This document shows positions 45,251-51,329 of a DNA stretch of 51,329 nucleotides, in pieces. Under the pieces are notes generated by a model. It worked only from the letters and a program-made list of their open reading frames with translations, did not search any database and was not told where the DNA came from. A program made the translations under genes and the position numbers. The number at the start of each line of letters is the position of its first letter. The stretch's first letter is position 1. The stretch lies in the sequence record DRR378314_778; one strand, 5' to 3'.

Positions 45251-46882
45251 GTGATTTGGATTGTCGGTATTATCGCTGCAATCATTCTCTTGGTGATCGG
45301 GATCCTGTTCCTGAACAGGTTCTATGTAAAATCCACCCGGGAAAGTGCTCTGGTCAGAACCGGTGCCGGAGGACAGAAGGTTGTCATTGACGGGGGTTGC
45401 TTTGCCCTGCCAATCCTGCATCGGGTGCAAAAGGTGACCATGCGTACCGCCCCGGTGGATATTGTTCTGGAAAAAGGTCAGTCGGTGATCACCGCAGATA
45501 AAATGCGGGTGGATGTGGAAATGGAATTTCATGTTCGGGTGGATCCGACAACTGATGGAGTGGCCACTGCGGCGCAGGCCCTGGGGTCGAAATCCAACCG
45601 GATTGAAGAGGTCAAAGAGCTGATCGATGGCAAGCTGGTCAACGCTATTCGGTCTGTTGGCGCAACCAAAACTCTGGAAGAGCTGCACACCGCACGGGGA
45701 CAGTATTCCAAAGAGATTGCCGAAGAGATTAGCGACAGTATCGCCAGAAGTGGCCTGCTTTTGGACTCGGCCTCCCTACAGCGGCTCGACCAGACGCCTT
45801 TTGCCGGACTGGATGAGCAGAATATCTTTAATGCGGTTGGCATGCGGCGTCTGTCAGAAGTTGTGGCCCAAAGCCGCAAAGAGCGCGTCAAAATCGAGGC
45901 GGAAGCCGATATCGCCGTGCGCCAGAGCCAGCTTGAAGAAAGCCAGCGCCGTCTGGAGATCGAGCGGATGCAGCGCCAGAGTGAAATCGACACCCAGCAG
46001 CAGATCGAATTGATGTCAGCGAAATCTGATGCGGAAATCGCCCGTATTCGCTCGGAAACCGCGCGTCAGGCTCGCGAAGCAGAACTGACCGATGATCAAA
46101 AGCTCAAGCAGGCGGAAATCGATCGGGATCTCAGCCTTCGCGAATGGGAAATGAAAGCGCTGCTGAAGGTTGAGCAGACCAAGGTTGCCAACGCTATCCA
46201 GCTCAAAACCAAACAGACCGAGGAAATCGGTGCTGACGTGACTTATGAAACGGCCCGTATCCAGATGATCGAAGCGCAGGAAGCCACCCAGACCCGCAAA
46301 GACGTGGTGGTTGCAGAACGGACCCACAAGTTGGCGATGATGAAGTCCGATCAGGAGAGCGAGCTGGAAGAAAGCCGTATCAAGACCCAGGTGGACAGCC
46401 TGATGAAGACGGCCAAGGCCGAAGCCGATGCTGTGACCGTCAAGGCGGGCGCAGAAAAGGAAAAACTGAAAGCCGAGGCCGAAGGGCGGGCCGCGGTCAT
46501 CGAGGCGGAAAATTCCCTCAGCATGGAGCAGATCGAGATGCAGATCGAATTGCATCGCCTGAACAAACTGCCGGAAATTGCCACGCAGATGATGAAACCG
46601 GTCGAAAAGATCGACTCTATCCGGATCAACCATATTGGGGGTTTGGGTTCCGAAGGCGGTACAGGGGGAAGTTCCTCCTCGCCGTTTAACAAAGCCATGG
46701 AATCGGTGCTTGGAATGGCAGTGCAACTGCCCGCCATGAAAAGCATGGGGGCGGAAATCGGGATGGACTTTGATGCCAACCTTGCCAGCCGTTTCTCGGA
46801 CTCCATGAGCCGGTCAAAACTACCCAGCGATGATGACACCGCTGGAGATGCAGATACTCGTCAACAGGGAGATCGCAAATGA
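45251..46882 (+). CDS. Flotillin (SPFH/Band 7 plus coiled-coil Flot domain, YqiK-like)
   Basis: N-terminal TM helix, ALVRTGAGG, VITADKMRVDV, LDQT...FNAVGMRRL, EA-rich coiled coil, MMKPVEKIDSIRI. GTG 45251 after AGGGAGG. Confidence 0.9.
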   Translation: MIWIVGIIAAIILLVIGILFLNRFYVKSTRESALVRTGAGGQKVVIDGGCFALPILHRVQKVTMRTAPVDIVLEKGQSVITADKMRVDVEMEFHVRVDPTTDGVATAAQALGSKSNRIEEVKELIDGKLVNAIRSVGATKTLEELHTARGQYSKEIAEEISDSIARSGLLLDSASLQRLDQTPFAGLDEQNIFNAVGMRRLSEVVAQSRKERVKIEAEADIAVRQSQLEESQRRLEIERMQRQSEIDTQQQIELMSAKSDAEIARIRSETARQAREAELTDDQKLKQAEIDRDLSLREWEMKALLKVEQTKVANAIQLKTKQTEEIGADVTYETARIQMIEAQEATQTRKDVVVAERTHKLAMMKSDQESELEESRIKTQVDSLMKTAKAEADAVTVKAGAEKEKLKAEAEGRAAVIEAENSLSMEQIEMQIELHRLNKLPEIATQMMKPVEKIDSIRINHIGGLGSEGGTGGSSSSPFNKAMESVLGMAVQLPAMKSMGAEIGMDFDANLASRFSDSMSRSKLPSDDDTAGDADTRQQGDRK

Positions 46883-48105
46883 CGGTAAACAGAAGACATT
46901 TTATGGCAGGTGCCGCGGCAGCAGCGGGGGCAGCGGCCACTTTCAACCCGGCATCGGTATTTGCCGCTGACAGCATCAAGTTCGGTTCCATCCTGGATCA
47001 GTCCGGTATCTTTGATGCTTACGGCAAGCCAATGGATATGGCCATGCGTCTGGCCATCGATGAAATCAACGAAGCGGGCGGCCTGAACGGTCAAAAGGTG
47101 GATGTGACCGCCTATGATACCCAGTCAGATATCGCCCTTTATACGCAGTATGGGCAGAAACTGGTGCGTCAGGATGATGTGGATGTGGTGCATGGCGGTA
47201 TTCTGTCCGCCTCACGCGAAGCGATCCGCCAGACCATGCGGAAATCCAAGACCCTTTATTTTTATAACGTTCTGTATGAAGGCGGCGTGTGTGATCGCAA
47301 TATCTTTGTTACCGGCGTCACCCCGTCTCAGCAGGTTGAAGTTCTGATCCCGCATGCGGTGAAAAAATGGGGCAAGAAGATCTATGTGCTGGCGGCTGAC
47401 TATAATTATGGTCAGATCACCGCCAACTGGGTCAAGAAATATGCCCAGGACGCCGGAGCGGCGGTCGTCGAAGTGGATTTCTTTCCCTTGGATGTGGCTG
47501 ATTTTGGCTCCACCATTGCGAAAATTCAGGCCGCTGATCCGGATATGATCGTTTCTGCCTTGGTTGGCGGGGCGCATTTGTCCTTCTATCGTCAATGGGC
47601 GGCTGCGGGCATGAACAAGAAAATTCCACTGGCGTCCACTACATTGGGCGTGGGGAATGAGCATAAAGTCCTGACCCCGGAAGAGGGGGATGGTTTCCTG
47701 GTGGCTTATAACTATGCGCCGACACTGGAAACTGCTGTGGCTAAGTCTTTCCATGAGAAATGGGCGGCGAAATATGGGGATACCAGCCTTGTTCACGAAA
47801 TTGCCGTTTCCAATTATCAGGGCGTTCATCTCTGGGCGGAAGGCGTGCGCAAAGCCGGCGGTGTTGACCGTGATGCCATGATCAAGGCGCTGGAAAGCGG
47901 TGTTTCCATCGAGGGTCCGGGCGGTAAGGTCAGCATCGATCCGCAAACCCATCATGCCACGCTTGATGTGCATGTGATGGAGTTCAAGAACCAGCAGATG
48001 CAGGTTCTGGAAAGCATCAGCCAGCGGCCCCCCCTGGATACGCAAGGGGTTTGTAACCTGAAAGAAAATCCAAACGATAACACCCAATATGAGATCAAGA
48101 TCTAA
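46879..48105 (+). CDS. Urea/short-chain amide ABC substrate-binding protein (UrtA/FmdD-like), Tat signal
   Basis: NRRHFMAG leader, SASREAIR, YNVLYEGG, ADYNYG; ATGA overlap with the flotillin gene. Confidence 0.88.
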   Translation: MTVNRRHFMAGAAAAAGAAATFNPASVFAADSIKFGSILDQSGIFDAYGKPMDMAMRLAIDEINEAGGLNGQKVDVTAYDTQSDIALYTQYGQKLVRQDDVDVVHGGILSASREAIRQTMRKSKTLYFYNVLYEGGVCDRNIFVTGVTPSQQVEVLIPHAVKKWGKKIYVLAADYNYGQITANWVKKYAQDAGAAVVEVDFFPLDVADFGSTIAKIQAADPDMIVSALVGGAHLSFYRQWAAAGMNKKIPLASTTLGVGNEHKVLTPEEGDGFLVAYNYAPTLETAVAKSFHEKWAAKYGDTSLVHEIAVSNYQGVHLWAEGVRKAGGVDRDAMIKALESGVSIEGPGGKVSIDPQTHHATLDVHVMEFKNQQMQVLESISQRPPLDTQGVCNLKENPNDNTQYEIKI

Positions 48106-48151
48106 CCTGATCTGAATTTGGATCGTTTGAGCGGGATGTTTTCTCCCGGAG

Positions 48152-48191
48152 ACAGTCACCGGCCCGCGCGCTGCGCCGGACCGGTGACTGT
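48152..48191 (+). terminator. Intercistronic stem-loop after the SBP gene
   Basis: ACAGTCACCGG...CCGGTGACTGT 11-bp stem. Confidence 0.5.
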
Positions 48192-48223
48192 ACCCTGATC
48201 GGGGCGTTTTTTAAGGAACAGTC

Positions 48224-49090
48224 ATGGATCTAGCTGCAGTCATATTCGTTGAAACCGCCTATGCGGTTGCCAGTCTGGTACTGGTCAGCATTGGTCTTGC
48301 CGTCGTGTTTGGCATGATGCGGGTGATCAATCTGGCGCATGGGGAATTCATGATGATGGGCGGGTATGCGACCATCGTCACCGTGAAGCTGGGGGTTCCG
48401 ATCTATCTGGCCATTCTGGTGGTTGCCCCGCTGATCGTCGGGATTATCGGATTGGTGGTCGAGCGGCTGGTGATCCGCCATTTATATGGCCGACTGGTTG
48501 ATAGCATGCTTGCCACCTGGGGGCTCAGTCTGTTGTTTGTCGGGCTTGCCACCATGATTTTTGGCAATACCACCACCGGCATTTCAACCCCGATCAGTGG
48601 CTTCCAGCTCGGCAATTATCAGGTGAATGGCTACAACCTGTTTGTGATTGTGCTGGTCATCGTCATGGTGATCGCGGGGTATCTGTTGCTCAAAAAGACA
48701 CGGCTTGGGCTGATTGCCCGGGGAACCATGCAGGGGTCCGAGATGGCGGCGGCGCTCGGCTACAATCCGGAGCGGGTCTATATGCTGACCTTCATGGCGG
48801 GCGCGGCCTTATCCGGGCTTGCCGGGGCGGTTCTGGCGCCGCTGGTAGGTCTGGTGCCCAGCACAGGCGCGGCCTATATCGCCAAGGCCTTTATAGCAGT
48901 TATTGCGGGTGGACCGTCAATTATTGCCGGGCTGTTGTCCAGCTCCACCATCTTTGGGGTGATCAATCAGTTCTTCACTTTTTCCATCTCCCCCATCGTC
49001 GGTGAGATTGCCCTTCTGGTGGCAGCAATTGTCCTGCTGCGCCTGATGCCGCAGGGCATCACCGGGCGCTTCTTCAAAGGAAAACTCTAA
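48224..49090 (+). CDS. Amide/branched-chain-type ABC permease (UrtB/LivH-like)
   Basis: FGMMRVINLAHGEF, LATWGLSL, PQGI. Confidence 0.92.
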   Translation: MDLAAVIFVETAYAVASLVLVSIGLAVVFGMMRVINLAHGEFMMMGGYATIVTVKLGVPIYLAILVVAPLIVGIIGLVVERLVIRHLYGRLVDSMLATWGLSLLFVGLATMIFGNTTTGISTPISGFQLGNYQVNGYNLFVIVLVIVMVIAGYLLLKKTRLGLIARGTMQGSEMAAALGYNPERVYMLTFMAGAALSGLAGAVLAPLVGLVPSTGAAYIAKAFIAVIAGGPSIIAGLLSSSTIFGVINQFFTFSISPIVGEIALLVAAIVLLRLMPQGITGRFFKGKL

Positions 49091-50157
49091 TGCGTGGACA
49101 ATGGGCAAAGACGTTGGGTGGGCTGATTATCGCAGCCGTGATCCTATTTGTGATCCTGCCGCTTTTTATTGAAACCTATACCCTCAACCTTCTGATTGTT
49201 TACGGCATGTTGGGGTTGAGCCTGGGTCTTGTCTGGGGTTTCGGCGGGATCCTTTGCTTTGGGCAGGCTGCTTTTTTCGGGCTTGGGGCGTATAGCTATG
49301 CCATCTCTGCCATCAATTTCGGGGAAAGCACCCTCCCTTTCCTGATCGGTATTCTGGTGCCGCTGATCGTGGCGTTTCTACTGGGTGCAATGATGTTTTA
49401 TGGGCGGCTGGGAAGCGTCTATCTGGGTGTCATTACTCTTGTCTTTACCCTCATCCTGTTTCGGTTCATGAACTCTACCGCCGGGCCGGAATATATTATC
49501 GGAACGGCACGTCTGGGCGGGTTTAATGGGATTCCGGGCTTTCAAACCCTGAATATCCCGGGGGATCCGGAAGCATATCTGTGGGGGGATGAGCTGTATT
49601 ATGTCTCTGCCGTTCTGCTGATTTTGGTGTATCTGTTCCTGAAATGGCTGCTGCAAACCTCCTTTGGCCGGGTTGCCATCGCTGTTCGTGAAAATGAAAC
49701 GCGGGTGGAGCTGATGGGCTATGACATCCGCATTCGAAAATCCATCCTGTTTGCCATCGGCGGTGGGGTCGCCGGTCTTTCCGGGGTGCTATACGCCAGC
49801 TGGGCGGAAATTGTAACGCCCGGACTGTTCAGCCTGGGCCAATCGGCAGAAGTGATTATCTGGTGCATCGTTGGTGGGCTGGGCACACTGACCGGGCCGA
49901 TCGTCGGCGGCATGATCATCGGGCTGCTGAAATTCTATCTGGGACAGCAGTCTGTCATCGATAATTCGGTATTTTTGGGGCTCATCCTGATCCTGTCGGT
50001 TCTGTTTCTGCCAAATGGCGTGGTCCCGGCGCTGGAGCGGGGGGCACGCCGTTTATTCACCGGCAAGGGCCGCAAATATCGCCGGCGGGGCGGCGGGCGA
50101 AGCGTCCGCCGGGTGGATGAGGCAGAGACGGAAAAGTCGGAGGTGTCCCATGGCTGA
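49090..50157 (+). CDS. Amide/branched-chain-type ABC permease (UrtC/LivM-like)
   Basis: WGFGGILCFGQAAFFGLGAY, AVRENETR, VGGLGTL. Confidence 0.92.
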   Translation: MRGQWAKTLGGLIIAAVILFVILPLFIETYTLNLLIVYGMLGLSLGLVWGFGGILCFGQAAFFGLGAYSYAISAINFGESTLPFLIGILVPLIVAFLLGAMMFYGRLGSVYLGVITLVFTLILFRFMNSTAGPEYIIGTARLGGFNGIPGFQTLNIPGDPEAYLWGDELYYVSAVLLILVYLFLKWLLQTSFGRVAIAVRENETRVELMGYDIRIRKSILFAIGGGVAGLSGVLYASWAEIVTPGLFSLGQSAEVIIWCIVGGLGTLTGPIVGGMIIGLLKFYLGQQSVIDNSVFLGLILILSVLFLPNGVVPALERGARRLFTGKGRKYRRRGGGRSVRRVDEAETEKSEVSHG

Positions 50158-50866
50158 ACTGGTTCTGGAGACAACCGGACTGACCATGCGCTTTGGTGGG
50201 GTAACGGCGGTCAGCAATGTGGATTTCAAGCTGGAGGATCGGGAGCTTCGCTGCCTGATCGGGCCCAATGGCGCCGGCAAGAGTACTTTTTTCAAATGCC
50301 TGACGGGTCTGTTGAAGCCCACATCCGGAGAAATTTATATCGGCGATGAAGAAACCACGGGTTGGGATCCTCACCGCATTGCCAGCCTTGGGGTCGCCAC
50401 CAAAACCCAGGTGCCAAATGTCATGGACAGCCTGACAGCAGAGGAAAATATCTGGCTGTCGGCCCGGCGCTTTCATGATAGCCGCGGGGCGGATCGCCGC
50501 GCCGCCGAAGTGATCGAAGAGCTGAAACTGAGCCTCATTGCCAAAAAGACCCTGGATCGCCTCGCCCATGGGGAGCGCCAACGCATTGAACTTGGCATTG
50601 TAGCCGCGGCGGATCCGTGGCTGGTGCTGCTTGATGAGCCGGCGGCGGGCCTGACCGGGGAAGAAGTCGCCGATATGTCGGACATTATTCATCGGCTGAA
50701 CGAACGGGCGGCGGTTATCATTGTTGAGCATGACATGCAGTTTATCCGCTCCATCGCCCGCAAAGTGACCGTGTTCAATCGCGGAGAAGTGCTGATGGAG
50801 GACAGCGTTGATGTGGTTCTGTCAGATCCTACGGTTCGGGATGTTTATATCGGAAAAAGGGCCTGA
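50150..50866 (+). CDS. ABC ATP-binding subunit (UrtD/LivG-like)
   Basis: GPNGAGKS, LAHGERQ, LLDEPAAG, VEHDM. ATG 50150 after GGAGG. Confidence 0.93.
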   Translation: MAELVLETTGLTMRFGGVTAVSNVDFKLEDRELRCLIGPNGAGKSTFFKCLTGLLKPTSGEIYIGDEETTGWDPHRIASLGVATKTQVPNVMDSLTAEENIWLSARRFHDSRGADRRAAEVIEELKLSLIAKKTLDRLAHGERQRIELGIVAAADPWLVLLDEPAAGLTGEEVADMSDIIHRLNERAAVIIVEHDMQFIRSIARKVTVFNRGEVLMEDSVDVVLSDPTVRDVYIGKRA

Positions 50867-50868
50867 GT

Positions 50869-51329
50869 ATGGGTAAGTCGCCTGCAATTTTGGATGTTCG
50901 AAGCCTGTCCGGGGGATATGGCAAGGTCCCGATCCTTAAAGGGATTACTTTAAGCGTGGATCGAAATGAGATTGTCGGGATCCTTGGTCATAATGGGATG
51001 GGCAAGACCACCTTGCTCAAAACCATTGCCGGATTTTTAAAGCCAACGGCCGGAACCCTGAAATATCACGACACGGAAATTACCGGCCGTAAAGCCCATT
51101 GGCGGGCGCAGGAAGGTCTGGGGTATGTGCCGCAAGGGCGGGGAATTTTCCCTAATTTGAGTGTGCGCGAAAACCTGTTATTTGCCTATCAGGAGGTGTC
51201 TGAAAAAGGCGAGGAGGAGATGCTGGACGAAGTTCTTAGCCTCTTTCCGCGCCTGGAGCGGTTGCTGGATCGGGAGGGGGGCGCTCTTTCCGGGGGGGAG
51301 CAACAGCTTCTGGCACTGGCCAGATGTTT
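50869..51329 (+). CDS. ABC ATP-binding subunit (UrtE/LivF-like); 3' end runs off the window
   Basis: Not in ORF track. MGKSPAILDV...GHNGMGKTTLL...YVPQGRGIFPNLSVRENL...LSGGEQQLLALAR. Confidence 0.92.
   Translation, partial: MGKSPAILDVRSLSGGYGKVPILKGITLSVDRNEIVGILGHNGMGKTTLLKTIAGFLKPTAGTLKYHDTEITGRKAHWRAQEGLGYVPQGRGIFPNLSVRENLLFAYQEVSEKGEEEMLDEVLSLFPRLERLLDREGGALSGGEQQLLALARC

Noticed and set aside
47212-48159. Long antisense ORFs (315 aa here; also 14240-15055, 12360-13073, 41383-42114, 46016-46726, 34741-35439)
   Set aside because: Each lies opposite a well-supported gene, lacks recognisable motifs and is an expected shadow of codon bias.
1-51329. Mobile elements, prophage, defence systems, tRNA/rRNA
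   Set aside because: No transposase, integrase, phage, nuclease/toxin or structural RNA signature recognised, and no obvious compositional shift outside AT-rich promoters.

Overview
Chromosome-like window (roughly 50-55% GC by eye) that looks alphaproteobacterial, probably marine; that placement is inferred from gene content and promoter style only. It is densely packed with catabolic and nutrient-scavenging operons. I saw no transposase, integrase, tRNA/rRNA gene or CRISPR array. In order: (1) a sulfide-oxidation module (DUF442-SQR fusion cut by the window edge, persulfide dioxygenase, a 59-aa DUF2892/YgaP-like gene missing from the ORF track) divergent from a Crp/Fnr regulator; (2) a Fur-box-preceded siderophore-interacting protein; (3) a LysR-centred guanidino/amine catabolic cluster (aminotransferase and FAD oxidoreductase on one arm; ureohydrolase, Pot-type ABC importer and C-N hydrolase on the other), then purU and pcaIJ; (4) an XRE regulator divergent from a desaturase-like diiron enzyme, a signal-less PhnD-fold protein, a non-pyrrolysine MttB, a SoxB-like oxidoreductase and a dimethylglycine-dehydrogenase-like enzyme; (5) a Zur-box module of CobW, a His-rich outer-membrane beta-barrel and DUF1826; (6) LacI, an ABC importer and a GpdQ/CpdA-like phosphodiesterase; (7) lpxR behind a ~520-bp structured intergenic region with a sigma32-type promoter; (8) an Opp/Dpp importer divergent from an XRE-cupin regulator, amidohydrolase and second CobW; (9) MarR, an AmiC-like sensor, and an operon of a flotillin gene coupled to an Urt/Fmd-type amide ABC importer, cut by the window edge. 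The best candidates for undescribed systems are the desaturase/PhnD/MttB betaine-type operon, the Zur-controlled His-rich porin module, the flotillin-amide-importer operon with its repeated operator, the Crp-type sulfide-operon regulator and the structured RNA upstream of lpxR. All family calls come from motif recognition by eye; no searches were run.
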